Below, piece after piece: positions 31,759 to 40,776 of a stretch of 64,000 bases of DNA. Source of the DNA: a virus (taxonomy: Duplodnaviria; Caudoviricetes); the IMG/VR virus record IMGVR_UViG_3300021255_002539, positions 256,001 to 320,000 of that record, one strand, 5' to 3'. The notes below the pieces were generated by a model that saw nothing but the letters and a program-made list of their open reading frames with translations, was not told where the DNA came from and did not search any database. The first letter of the stretch is position 1, and the number at the start of each line of letters is the position of its first letter. Made by a program: the position numbers and the translations under genes.

Positions 31759-31779
31759 ATCCGAAATCTCCTTGTCATA

Positions 31780-32601
31780 TTATACATCGGTTGGGCTGTT
31801 CTGTAAAGACGAGAAGTTGAACTTGCTCAAGTCATATGTTGGGTAGCAATGTTCCAAGGTGTCCTCGTATGTGTTGCCATTCAGCTTGTTGGCATATGCG
31901 TTCTTGTCTTGCATGGCCACAGCATTGTCTCCTGTCGTACAATACAGGTTCAAGCCCTTCATCTCCCCGTTCTTGCCATATGTATATTGGTCAATCGCCC
32001 CCAATGGCTCGGTCTCGCTCTCCATCCTCTCCACTATTCTGTCGATGGCCTTTTTTGACAACCCCAAGCAGCTGCTGTCGTATACGACCGAATCGTACCT
32101 CATGACCAGGGCCTGATCCCAGTTCTGATTTACCTCGTTCCCCTCCAAGTCGAAGTACTTTCCCCAACAACCCTTTCCATTGCCCATCCAACCCTTCCTA
32201 CGGAACGGCGCGTAGTTCATTATGTCGTAGTCGTCTGGAGTTGCGTCCAATATGGTCTGGATTTCACCCAAGTCCTTTCTGAACACGATGTCGTCCTCCA
32301 GGAATAGAACATGGTTGAATTGCTGATACTGCAATCTCTTCAACAAGATATAGCATTGCAGTGTATATTCCCTGATGTTCATGGTTATCTTCTTGTTCAC
32401 GCCCTTTTTCCTCCAAGTTATCATCTTGGTGAAGAACCAAGGTGTCGTGAATTCCATATCCAACCTGCCAGACCTGGAAATCCCAACCCTGTCCAACTCG
32501 GACATCAACTTGGGCAACCTTTCTGCCTTGGGCGTGAAGTGCATGCAGACTATTCTGTCGAACCTGTTCCACATCGCTGAAGTTCCCTCAATCGACATCA
32601 C
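31780..32601 (-). CDS. Glycosyltransferase, GT25-like
   Basis: FDRIVCM..ERL, VLFLEDDIVF, PDDYDI. Confidence 0.65.
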   Translation of the reverse strand: MMSIEGTSAMWNRFDRIVCMHFTPKAERLPKLMSELDRVGISRSGRLDMEFTTPWFFTKMITWRKKGVNKKITMNIREYTLQCYILLKRLQYQQFNHVLFLEDDIVFRKDLGEIQTILDATPDDYDIMNYAPFRRKGWMGNGKGCWGKYFDLEGNEVNQNWDQALVMRYDSVVYDSSCLGLSKKAIDRIVERMESETEPLGAIDQYTYGKNGEMKGLNLYCTTGDNAVAMQDKNAYANKLNGNTYEDTLEHCYPTYDLSKFNFSSLQNSPTDV

Positions 32602-32954
32602 TTCACCTCCATTCCAGATGGGGACAACTTGAATTCAACCACTGTCCATTCGTCTGTTGGTTCAACCTTCCAATAGAACTTGAGGTGGAATTCATTCGCC
32701 AGGATTGTATCAGGCGTATTTACTGTCCCATCGCAAACCACCTTGGCCGCAGAAAGGCACTCCCCCCAATATTCGTCTACGACACCAGTGACTTTTTCGT
32801 GGATTCTGCCCCATATTGTCGGACAATTCGCCTCGTACAGTGCGTTTGCCTCAATTGTCTGAGCAATATCACTATAGGCAAATGGCTTCAGGGTCATCCA
32901 CCTTTCCTTTCGGGTTTGAACATTGGTTTCCATGCTCAATTCCCCTTGCTCCAT
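32598..32954 (-). CDS. Small protein resembling the tail-sheath C-terminal domain
   Basis: YEAN...W.RI, KVVCDGTVNTPDTILANEF. Confidence 0.5.
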   Translation of the reverse strand: MEQGELSMETNVQTRKERWMTLKPFAYSDIAQTIEANALYEANCPTIWGRIHEKVTGVVDEYWGECLSAAKVVCDGTVNTPDTILANEFHLKFYWKVEPTDEWTVVEFKLSPSGMEVK

Positions 32955-33157
32955 TCATCAACATCGTGGATGTCAAGCTTGTGCCTTGGAACTATGAGGA
33001 CTTCGCCAGAATGCCAGTCGAAGCCACAGGTCACTTCCTTCACTCCAACCACTGCACCATCTGGGCATATCCAACCTGCTGGCTCCCGAACGCATATGGA
33101 CACCTCGGCGCCTGCGTTGAAGTTGGATAGAACCTCAATCAACTCTGCTACTGTCAT
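32936..33157 (-). CDS. Hypothetical protein
   Basis: MTVAELIE.L start typical of small phage proteins. Confidence 0.65.
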   Translation of the reverse strand: MTVAELIEVLSNFNAGAEVSICVREPAGWICPDGAVVGVKEVTCGFDWHSGEVLIVPRHKLDIHDVDEWSKGN

Positions 33158-33474
33158 TCTCCACCCCTTTGCCCATCTACTGCATCCTGTATGATCTTCT
33201 TCACGAGAAGAAAACCCTCCCCAGGGGAGACATCCTCGTTGGGTGCATCCCCATCCTCAATTGCCTTGAGCCAGTCGTTGTGCGCCTTCTCTGCTGCCTT
33301 GTCAAGCATCTGGTAGAGTTCGTCCAAGTTGTCTGGGGCGAGACTCCATCCAATCCTCCACCAATTGCCCATTGCCTTTTCCATCAGGGCTTCACAATCC
33401 TTGTTGAACAAGTCTCGCTTGTCTGCCCTTGCGTCGTCCCATATCCTTTGCTTTGATGTTTCAAAGTCAATCAT
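33154..33474 (-). CDS. Hypothetical protein
   Basis: ORF with AAGGAG SD. Confidence 0.6.
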   Translation of the reverse strand: MIDFETSKQRIWDDARADKRDLFNKDCEALMEKAMGNWWRIGWSLAPDNLDELYQMLDKAAEKAHNDWLKAIEDGDAPNEDVSPGEGFLLVKKIIQDAVDGQRGGE

Positions 33475-33478
33475 GTCT

Positions 33479-34105
33479 CTATTTCTCCTTTGTTTCAATT
33501 ATACGCCTTTTCGTCTTGTTGTAGACTATTATCCAGCCAATGTCGTCGAATATGCATCCCACGCCCCAAAGCAATATGGCAGAATTGAGGCTGGGCATTG
33601 CCAGAATAGCAATGGCGAAACCAAGCACCGCAACGCCATTTCTGAATATGGAGCTGGTGTTGTCGTACATCTCCCTTTCCTTGCCATTCCAGAGCTTGGA
33701 TTGGAACATCATGATGCACTTGCCGATGAAGGTCGTTATTATGGAGGAATACAGCAAAGTGAGGATTGCGAACACCCAGACATTGTAGTTCACGAACACC
33801 AGATACAAGGACAGGGCGAACGACCCAAGGGATTCTGCCAACGCGAACCAGGTGAAGAACCTCATTGCGAATTCCCGGGTCTTGTTCTTCCATATCGCGC
33901 CTATTACTAGCGCCGACATGCAGCACCACGCACCCTCGAACGATATGTACTCTGCTGGGAGCTTGGATATGATTTCCTTGACTATTGGTGGGTTCGCGTA
34001 GGTGTAGATTAGCCCAGATATGGCAGACGAAAACAGGAGATACCCTTGGTTCTCCTGCACTTGGATGTTTAGAACCCGCTTGAAGAAATGCCAAAACCTG
34101 GACAT
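33479..34105 (-). CDS. Multi-pass membrane protein (ends at TAG; read-through adds 4 aa)
   Basis: About six hydrophobic segments. Confidence 0.7.
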   Translation of the reverse strand: MSRFWHFFKRVLNIQVQENQGYLLFSSAISGLIYTYANPPIVKEIISKLPAEYISFEGAWCCMSALVIGAIWKNKTREFAMRFFTWFALAESLGSFALSLYLVFVNYNVWVFAILTLLYSSIITTFIGKCIMMFQSKLWNGKEREMYDNTSSIFRNGVAVLGFAIAILAMPSLNSAILLWGVGCIFDDIGWIIVYNKTKRRIIETKEK

Positions 34106-34107
34106 CT

Positions 34108-34299
34108 TCAGTTTTTCATGGTCTGCTTGATGTTGCTCAGGGTCCCGACTGACTCCTCGTACCACTGGTCAATCGCAGGTTTCTCCACCCCAATGTTCTG
34201 AAGAATCTGATGGAACCGCCAATCAGGGCAAGCCTCCACGGTCGCCTTGATGTGTTCGACTATCAATCTGTTCGCTTCAAGTCTTGTCATCGTCAACAT
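34108..34299 (-). CDS. Hypothetical protein
   Basis: PDWRFHQIL motif. Confidence 0.6.
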   Translation of the reverse strand: MLTMTRLEANRLIVEHIKATVEACPDWRFHQILQNIGVEKPAIDQWYEESVGTLSNIKQTMKN

Positions 34300-34562
34300 A
34301 TTCCCTTCAGCTTTTCATCCACCGCTGCCCAATAGCCCTCATGAAATGCCAAGTACTCCTTGGTGCAGCCGTCCTTGATGGAAATACCCCTCTCCTGCGC
34401 CAAGTCATGGACAGCATCCTGCAGGTTGTTGATTGCATAGCACATTGGCTTCGGCAATTTGTAGTCACCAGCCACAATTGAATGTGCCAAGTTGAACGCC
34501 CAAGTCAGGACATTCTGCTCGTTCTTTGTCAACCTTGGTGGTGTTGGCAGATTTGTCTTCAT
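34293..34562 (-). CDS. Hypothetical protein
   Basis: 89 aa, GGAG SD. Confidence 0.6.
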   Translation of the reverse strand: MKTNLPTPPRLTKNEQNVLTWAFNLAHSIVAGDYKLPKPMCYAINNLQDAVHDLAQERGISIKDGCTKEYLAFHEGYWAAVDEKLKGIC

Positions 34563-35065
34563 TTCTGTTCTCCATTGTTGTTTCTCAACACATCGATTAT
34601 ACGCCTTGCGTCCTCAATTGTCAAGCCATATTTCATGTCGGTTTTCACGACCTTTGAGTTGTCCACATATGGCAAGATGTCCACTGTCTCGTCGTCCACA
34701 ACGCAATATGCATCCACTTCTGGATGCTCTGACAGCCATTGCTTGATCTCCATGCCCCTTCTGCCCAGCTTGTCGTTCCCAGTTTGGCCAGCGAACACCT
34801 CGTCCCTGGTTCTATGCAGCATCTCGGCAAGTACATCCCTCCAGTTTCTGTCTGGTTGGTATGGCGCATAGCTAGTGTGATGCCTCCAGGACGAAGATAC
34901 CACAATCCTGCAATCGGTGTTGGCTATGATGAACCGAAGTCTGGCTACCAGTTGGGGGTTCAGTCCATAACGCCACTCGTCCAAGTCCACCCATTCGTGG
35001 TCGTCAGATGGAGTTGGATAGGCGCAATTGAGAACGCCATCTATGTCCAGGAACAGAACCTTCAT
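34559..35065 (-). CDS. HAD-domain protein (RNA-repair-associated type)
   Basis: FLDIDGVLN, IVVSSSWR, RG.EI..WL, VVDD, GLT. Confidence 0.85.
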   Translation of the reverse strand: MKVLFLDIDGVLNCAYPTPSDDHEWVDLDEWRYGLNPQLVARLRFIIANTDCRIVVSSSWRHHTSYAPYQPDRNWRDVLAEMLHRTRDEVFAGQTGNDKLGRRGMEIKQWLSEHPEVDAYCVVDDETVDILPYVDNSKVVKTDMKYGLTIEDARRIIDVLRNNNGEQK

Positions 35066-35099
35066 ATCAGTTGCGTGATGGAGCCTCTTCTTGCCATCG

Positions 35100-35351
35100 T
35101 CAGTGGATTCCACCGGCCTTTCGGTTTCGGCTGATCTTTTGGGAATTGCCAAAAGGCATGGACTTTCTGAACTGACCCCTTCCACTCGGTCCCATGAACA
35201 CAGGACCTCGGTTCGACTTTTTGTTGCATTTGCAAGTGCCAATCTGTTTGATTGCTGCCGATACCTGAAGGTTGGTGACGACCATTATTATCATCTGAAC
35301 CAGCAATACCATGCCACACGCGATTAGCGCAATTGTAGTTGTTGTTGTCAT
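35100..35351 (-). CDS. Small membrane protein
   Basis: N-terminal TM segment, GGAGG SD. Confidence 0.55.
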   Translation of the reverse strand: MTTTTTIALIACGMVLLVQMIIMVVTNLQVSAAIKQIGTCKCNKKSNRGPVFMGPSGRGQFRKSMPFGNSQKISRNRKAGGIH

Positions 35352-35929
35352 GTTGCTTTCTTCCTCCTGTTTTTTGTGTTCTTTTCTTCCTTCTTCCCAC
35401 GAAACTCCCATTGCGAAACCACAGTGTAGGATTTCGAGTTGGATTTCGTGCAAATCAATCCTGTCCCACAATCCCTGTCCACTGGGATGTAGCTTTTCGC
35501 CTCGTCCACTATCCAGGTCATTGTCTGGTCAGAGAACTTGATTCCGTACTTCGAGTGTGCGTATTCCACCCCAAGCATCGTAATCCACAGTTCGTATTGG
35601 TACTTGGATGTGTCGTTCCAAGCATAGCCCTCCACTTGCGACGGAACCCGCTTCGACAACACGCAATGCGAGAGTTCGTGGAAGAACGCAATCAACATGC
35701 TCTCTATGGGGTTGTCGCAGTTGGAGTGGATTCCGTGACCCTTGACCTTATCACCCATCTTCGCCTTCACGAATGGCGAGAGCATGATTGTGTTTCCAGT
35801 GGAGCCCCCGTAGTTGTAGCCACCCATTCCCTCGTTCGCCTTGAGGAATGTGAGCTTTACGCCCTCCTGCTTGGCAATTGAGCGCATCAACTTCTTGGTG
35901 GATTCCAATGTTCGGGTGTATGTCTTCAT
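35348..35929 (-). CDS. HExxH metallopeptidase-like protein
   Basis: AFFHELSH. Confidence 0.6.
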   Translation of the reverse strand: MKTYTRTLESTKKLMRSIAKQEGVKLTFLKANEGMGGYNYGGSTGNTIMLSPFVKAKMGDKVKGHGIHSNCDNPIESMLIAFFHELSHCVLSKRVPSQVEGYAWNDTSKYQYELWITMLGVEYAHSKYGIKFSDQTMTWIVDEAKSYIPVDRDCGTGLICTKSNSKSYTVVSQWEFRGKKEEKNTKNRRKKAT

Positions 35930-36702
35930 CAGGCCACCTTTCTGTACACTGGCTTGTGTCCGGGCTTGAGCGAGACCATCTTGCTTTTGCCGAGGTGGCG
36001 TTTGGGGATGTGTGACTCGCCCTTTGTGGTGGTATAGAGCAGTTCTGAACGGATGCCCAGTTCCAGGCAGAGTTCGTTCAGCTTAGTACGCTCCTTCACC
36101 TTGCTGTGTACGACCGTGATGTAGTTGCTTTGCTTCAGATTCACGAGCATCTTGCGCATCTCCTGCATGTCGATGTTCACGAGGGAGTCTATCACAATCT
36201 CCTTGTGGGGCTTCGTGGCGTATTCCTCCCCCATGTACTCGTATGAGAACCGCTCAGAGTTCACGATGTACATGTTCTGGTTCCTGCCATTGATCTTGCC
36301 ATTGGACACATCTCCCTTCTTGCCATTCCTCGGACCTTCCTTCCACAGGTTGGAGTTCTCGAAGTGGTGGGCCAGGGACTCGTGTGCAGTTCTGATGAAC
36401 ATCTTGTACCCCTTGTCAACATACATCTTGCACAGGGTCTCCAAGAACTTCGTGCCCAGACCCAGACCTTGGAAGTCGGGGAGTATGACCAGACGATGGA
36501 CTGCCTTGCTGAAGTTCAACGAGCCATTCGGATATGGGCGTATTGCGCAGAATCCAACATAGGCGTCGTTCCACTTCAAGACCCAACAATCTGCCGCCAG
36601 GAGAAGATCGTGGCTCAGATAGTGATACGGAGCGAATATCTTCCAGACCTCTCCCTTGCGCTCCGATTCAACTCGCTCGAAGGAGAGGTCGATGCTTTTC
36701 CC
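35929..36702 (-). CDS. GNAT (Mom-like) acetyltransferase domain, expressed by -1 frameshift from the ABC ATPase
   Basis: WKIFAPYHYLS, VGFCA, RLVILPDFQGLGLG; no in-frame ATG before the conserved W..F..YHYL motif. Confidence 0.8.
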   Translation of the reverse strand, partial: GKSIDLSFERVESERKGEVWKIFAPYHYLSHDLLLAADCWVLKWNDAYVGFCAIRPYPNGSLNFSKAVHRLVILPDFQGLGLGTKFLETLCKMYVDKGYKMFIRTAHESLAHHFENSNLWKEGPRNGKKGDVSNGKINGRNQNMYIVNSERFSYEYMGEEYATKPHKEIVIDSLVNIDMQEMRKMLVNLKQSNYITVVHSKVKERTKLNELCLELGIRSELLYTTTKGESHIPKRHLGKSKMVSLKPGHKPVYRKVA

Positions 36703-37355
36703 AGGCGGAACCCCCTGAGGTCATATACCTTTTCGGTGTTCAGGTCAACGAGGATGTCCGGCTTGAGCATGGGGATGATGTCGTAGTGGCATCCACAGAA
36801 GATGACATTCTTGAGCCCGTTCTTCCGGATGTACTTCTGAACGCTATGGCTGGCACTCATTGCGCACTCCCTGTTCACCACGCTCGTGTATTCGTCAATC
36901 ATGACCTTGGATTCGAGGTTGAGCGCGAGATCGGCCCGGAAACCCTCGCCAGTGGAGAGGACATTCCTGGGACGGCACCAATGGGGAATCGAGTTCAGCC
37001 CAACTGACTTGAGCTTGGACTTGCCTTTCTTGGGGTTGTCCGGGAAGTTCGATATGATTGCCTTGGAGTTGTCGTAGACCTTGTTGGGGAAATGCCAACC
37101 AGCCTTCTCGAACGCCTTGAGGAATGTGGACTTGCCAGCACCAGAGGGACCGACAATCTGGATGATGTTCACATCCAGGTTCAGAATCTCGTTGGGGATG
37201 ACGAAGGGGTATACCTTGGACTCCCCAGTGAACTCGTAATCGAATGCCTTCTTGATGAGGTTGATGCCCTCGTCAATCGGCACCTTGCTTACTTTTGGCT
37301 CGGTGCTTCGCTTCAACTCGCAAAGCACGGGCGCGTTCTCCCAGCTTTCACTCAT
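36615..37355 (-). CDS. ABC-type ATPase
   Basis: GPSGAGKST Walker A, LSTGE signature, IDEYTSVVNR Walker B, CHYDI. Confidence 0.9.
   Translation of the reverse strand: MSESWENAPVLCELKRSTEPKVSKVPIDEGINLIKKAFDYEFTGESKVYPFVIPNEILNLDVNIIQIVGPSGAGKSTFLKAFEKAGWHFPNKVYDNSKAIISNFPDNPKKGKSKLKSVGLNSIPHWCRPRNVLSTGEGFRADLALNLESKVMIDEYTSVVNRECAMSASHSVQKYIRKNGLKNVIFCGCHYDIIPMLKPDILVDLNTEKVYDLRGFRLGKASTSPSSELNRSARERSGRYSLRITI
36646..36716 (-). promoter_or_regulatory. Programmed -1 ribosomal frameshift cassette
   Basis: AGGGGG (36711-36716), G_GGA_AAA (36696-36702), 5-nt spacer, GACCTCTCC/GGAGAGGTC stem (36646-36690). Confidence 0.75.
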
Positions 37356-37383
37356 TTCTTGCGTTTCTCCTTGTTTGCTTTTG

Positions 37384-37593
37384 TTATAGACCAATCCCAC
37401 GGAAGTTGAAGTCTCCCCTACTTACGGCCAGCCTTTCGGCATCCCTGGCGGCCTCGTAGTCGCTCCGCTCACGTTCCTCCTTGGCGCACTGCATGCAGAT
37501 GCAGTCGGTGTTGTACATCGACATCGTGCGTCCACCATCAAGGGGCGATCCACACCTGTCGCAAGTTTTCTGCGTAAAGAACTTGTCTGCCAT
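37384..37593 (-). CDS. Small C4 zinc-finger protein
   Basis: CDRCG..MSMYNTDCICMQC. Confidence 0.75.
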   Translation of the reverse strand: MADKFFTQKTCDRCGSPLDGGRTMSMYNTDCICMQCAKEERERSDYEAARDAERLAVSRGDFNFRGIGL

Positions 37594-37670
37594 TGTCTAT
37601 CTCCTTTCAACACCTATAGTATAGCATAATCAGGTGGTGAATGTCAATACCCCTTGGACAAGAAAACCAC

Positions 37671-38033
37671 TTACTCCAGGAATTCGTCAATGTCAACAAC
37701 CCCAATTCGTTGCTTCGTCGAGTCGGTCTGGCGTTGTTCAAGTGCAGGCTTCAGCCAGGACATCACCTTGGTGTCCAGGCATAGTTGAACCCTCTCCGGC
37801 GGTATGTCCCCCCAGACGCAAACCTCATCCAGTTCTGGTTGCCATGTTGTGATTGGGCAGTCAAGACCATCTATATCCACCTCAAGCAGCACCATTCCCT
37901 GTTGAATCCAACTATTGGGCTTTTCGGAAAGGGAGATGAACGCAGACTTGTGGAGACCATGTTCCCTCAACAACCCACACTTCAAGATGGAAGTGAGGTT
38001 CTTTGATGGGGTTGCATGGTAGAGGGTCTTCAT
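37671..38033 (-). CDS. Small ART-fold (Tpt1-like) protein
   Basis: LYHAT..NL.SIL..GL, ISLS, LLEVD, DIPPE. Confidence 0.6.
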   Translation of the reverse strand: MKTLYHATPSKNLTSILKCGLLREHGLHKSAFISLSEKPNSWIQQGMVLLEVDIDGLDCPITTWQPELDEVCVWGDIPPERVQLCLDTKVMSWLKPALEQRQTDSTKQRIGVVDIDEFLE

Positions 38034-38380
38034 GGCGTCAGGAATACCTTGAGGGGATACCAGTCCGAACCATCGAACAACCTGTTCTTTCCCTTGCCAT
38101 AGAGGATGATGGAGCAGGAACCACGGCTATCCTTGTCAATCACCTTCAGCCAATCCTTCGCCTCGGCGAACGTGCTGAACTTCTGCGCGTCGTTTGGCAG
38201 GTCAATCCACTTTTCCTGCTCCCAGAACATACACTCGTCCTCGGTGGAGATGTGGTCAGCCTCGTTGTAGAAGCCACCGAAGAACTTGTCCTCGTCAGTG
38301 TCTGGGTCGTGCCACACCAGCATGAACGCAATGTGGTTTTTGTCCACAGACGAAACAGTTTCGATCTTGTTCTCAGCCAT
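38030..38380 (-). CDS. Hypothetical protein
   Basis: 116 aa ORF. Confidence 0.65.
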   Translation of the reverse strand: MAENKIETVSSVDKNHIAFMLVWHDPDTDEDKFFGGFYNEADHISTEDECMFWEQEKWIDLPNDAQKFSTFAEAKDWLKVIDKDSRGSCSIILYGKGKNRLFDGSDWYPLKVFLTP

Positions 38381-38381
38381 A

Positions 38382-38603
38382 TTACTTCCCCCTCTTCGCC
38401 CGTGCCTTGGCCAGCCTCTCTGCGGCCGCCTTGCGCTGCTCGTCAGTCATGTTCCTCGCCCTCCTGGGGTTCTTGCCCAGACGATACTGCCAAAGCGGGC
38501 ATGTCTTCACAGGGCACTCCTTGACTTCGTTTCGCTCTCCACAACAGCAATCCAGACACTTTGCCTTGATTGCCTTGATTGGCGTGATGTTGGACTCGCT
38601 CAT
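38382..38603 (-). CDS. Small Cys-rich basic protein
   Basis: KAIKAKCLDCCCG..ECP..CPLW.YRLG; own SD and TTTACA-17-TATAAT promoter. Confidence 0.75.
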   Translation of the reverse strand: MSESNITPIKAIKAKCLDCCCGERNEVKECPVKTCPLWQYRLGKNPRRARNMTDEQRKAAAERLAKARAKRGK

Positions 38604-38657
38604 TTGCTCGTTCTCCTTCTTTGGTCTATTATACCACTTTTTGGTTGTTCTGTAAAA

Positions 38658-39539
38658 CTACGGGTGGTTACCCTTCAAGGTTTCGTCCAGGGAGTTCCAC
38701 ACCTCTGTCTTTTCGTATTCGTGCTTGTCCCCATTCCAGGACTTGTGTACAATGGAGAGTACATCCTCAGCAGCGAACAGCCTGTTGATCCTATGGTACT
38801 CCCACTTGTCGTAATAGATGGACTTGAGGTAGGTATATGCGGTCTTCACCACTGGGATATTGATTGGTTCTCCTGTTTTGTCAAGCGAAATCAAGTCGGG
38901 GTTGTAGCGATATATGATATAATCCAGTCTTCTGCTGTCGATATCCACCCTTACAGCCCGCTTGGATGGCCCGTCCACCTTCATTGTCTGCCAACCACAA
39001 TATGGAGAATTGGCGAGGTCGATTATCTTCTTCCAATCCGCAATCGTGGCGTCGTAGGTCTCAACTGACTTGTCGTCGGCCAACACCTTGTCCCGAATCT
39101 TCTCGTTGTATCGTTCAAGCAGTCGGTTCATCCACATTGGCACCTGCATATCCTCAGACACCTTGGCATTCGTCAGATTGCCATTCTTGTCCAGTTTCCC
39201 ATCCATCATGTAGATTGAGCGCAGAACCTTGTTCTTTTCGTGGACAACCGTAGCCCTCCTCCACAACTTGAAGCCATATTCCCATGTGCCATCGAAATGG
39301 TGGAGCTTCACGAACATCGGAATCCTGTCGTCCGAAAACGAATCCTTGAGTTGCTGGTACGTGGCGCACACATCCTCTATTTGGAGTTCCTCCAGTTCAC
39401 CATCGTCCTTGGACAGAACCATCGCATAGTCGTTGCTGGAATACTTGCCAGAGTGAATCGCCTCTCGTATGCTCTGCCAGAGACCGCAATTGGCAAGTTC
39501 CTTTGGCGTAATCTCCTCAACCCACTTCACTGCCTTCAT
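38658..39539 (-). CDS. Hypothetical protein (TAG stop; in frame with the next gene)
   Basis: 293 aa ORF. Confidence 0.7.
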   Translation of the reverse strand: MKAVKWVEEITPKELANCGLWQSIREAIHSGKYSSNDYAMVLSKDDGELEELQIEDVCATYQQLKDSFSDDRIPMFVKLHHFDGTWEYGFKLWRRATVVHEKNKVLRSIYMMDGKLDKNGNLTNAKVSEDMQVPMWMNRLLERYNEKIRDKVLADDKSVETYDATIADWKKIIDLANSPYCGWQTMKVDGPSKRAVRVDIDSRRLDYIIYRYNPDLISLDKTGEPINIPVVKTAYTYLKSIYYDKWEYHRINRLFAAEDVLSIVHKSWNGDKHEYEKTEVWNSLDETLKGNHP

Positions 39540-39871
39540 GATACACTCCCTTTCTTCGACAACACATCCTCGTTCACCTTCTTCGTGCCATCGTATGTGG
39601 TCACGACCAACTGGACCACACCCCGTTTGGCGTTGGATGGTATGAACGACTTTGTTTCCACTGTATACCTCTCCATCGCGGCAGTGAAGTTGCCATAGTC
39701 AGACCTGAATGTCCTGACCTTGTTGCTCTTGTATACATACATCGCAACCACCGAGTAGATGTTCTTGTACCCACTTGAATGGCGTTTCTCCAGATGCGTT
39801 CTGCACCCGAAGTCGTCGAAGTATGGCACATATGCTGACGTTTTCTTTACCCTTTTTCCCATAGCACACAT
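39536..39871 (-). CDS. Hypothetical protein
   Basis: Follows TTGACA-17-TACAAT. Confidence 0.6.
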   Translation of the reverse strand: MCAMGKRVKKTSAYVPYFDDFGCRTHLEKRHSSGYKNIYSVVAMYVYKSNKVRTFRSDYGNFTAAMERYTVETKSFIPSNAKRGVVQLVVTTYDGTKKVNEDVLSKKGSVS

Positions 39872-39919
39872 ATTGTAGCATATATGGGTCGGAATGTCAA
39901 TAGACCTTGGGTATTCAAG

Positions 39920-40294
39920 TCAGAGCTGAATTTCCTCAACCTCCACGCCAGTGTTCTTGGTAATCCAATCTGCCACGAGATGTCTATGGCAGAACTCACC
40001 TGGCTTTTCGTAGCAAAGCATCACTGCGCCATCCCCCAGATTCCTGACGACTTCGTTTGGATCAAGCTTGCTCAATACAGTGTTGTTGTATTGTTCCACA
40101 TAGAACATATTTGGCAAGTGGTTGTCGTGCCAATATTGCCACCACAACTTCTTGGGTGCGAGTTCTGGCATGAAATGGGCGTTCGGCATGTCGTGGAAGG
40201 ACTTTGGGGCATATCCAGCGATGCAGACCAAGTTGTCGAACCCCATTTCCTGCAGGTTCTTGACATTTGCGAAATAGGACGTGTATATGTTCAT
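39920..40294 (-). CDS. DUF488-like protein
   Basis: IYTSYF, LAP, LCYEKPGEFCHRHLVADW. Confidence 0.8.
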   Translation of the reverse strand: MNIYTSYFANVKNLQEMGFDNLVCIAGYAPKSFHDMPNAHFMPELAPKKLWWQYWHDNHLPNMFYVEQYNNTVLSKLDPNEVVRNLGDGAVMLCYEKPGEFCHRHLVADWITKNTGVEVEEIQL

Positions 40295-40305
40295 TGGGTG
40301 TCCAA

Positions 40306-40758
40306 TCACTTGAGCAAGCCTTGAAGAACCTTTGCGCAGAATTTCTTGTCGCAATTCGTGGGAAGCATCTTCATCAAGCTTCCAAAGTCCTTCTTCGTCA
40401 GACTTCTGCCAAGTTGCTCTTCGTTCTTTGCAACCAACTCCTTTATGATTGCCTCAATTTGGTCGTTGGGAATCATGGATGGAAGAAATTCAGAAACAAT
40501 GGCAAGTTCACCCCTTGCCTTCTCCTCCAAGTCTATTCTGGATGCCATCTTCGCTGATTCAATGGAGTCCTCCACCTGCTTTGCGAACTTCTTGAGGCAA
40601 GAGACCACGATTTCCTCTGTGATGTCCTTTCCCTCGTTCACGGTCTTGTTCTTGACGTCAGAAACCACCATTCTGAGGACATCACTCTTCGTGGAATTGC
40701 CCGCCTTCATGGATTGCTTGATTGCATCTTGTATTCTGTCATATGTCTCGCTTGCCAT
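40306..40758 (-). CDS. Stand-alone GatB/YqeY-domain protein
   Basis: I..AIKQSMKA..VLRM...VKN..SIE....R.DL....EL....FLP..KDFG.LMK. Confidence 0.85.
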   Translation of the reverse strand: MASETYDRIQDAIKQSMKAGNSTKSDVLRMVVSDVKNKTVNEGKDITEEIVVSCLKKFAKQVEDSIESAKMASRIDLEEKARGELAIVSEFLPSMIPNDQIEAIIKELVAKNEEQLGRSLTKKDFGSLMKMLPTNCDKKFCAKVLQGLLK

Positions 40759-40776
40759 TGTTGAAGTCCTTTCTGT

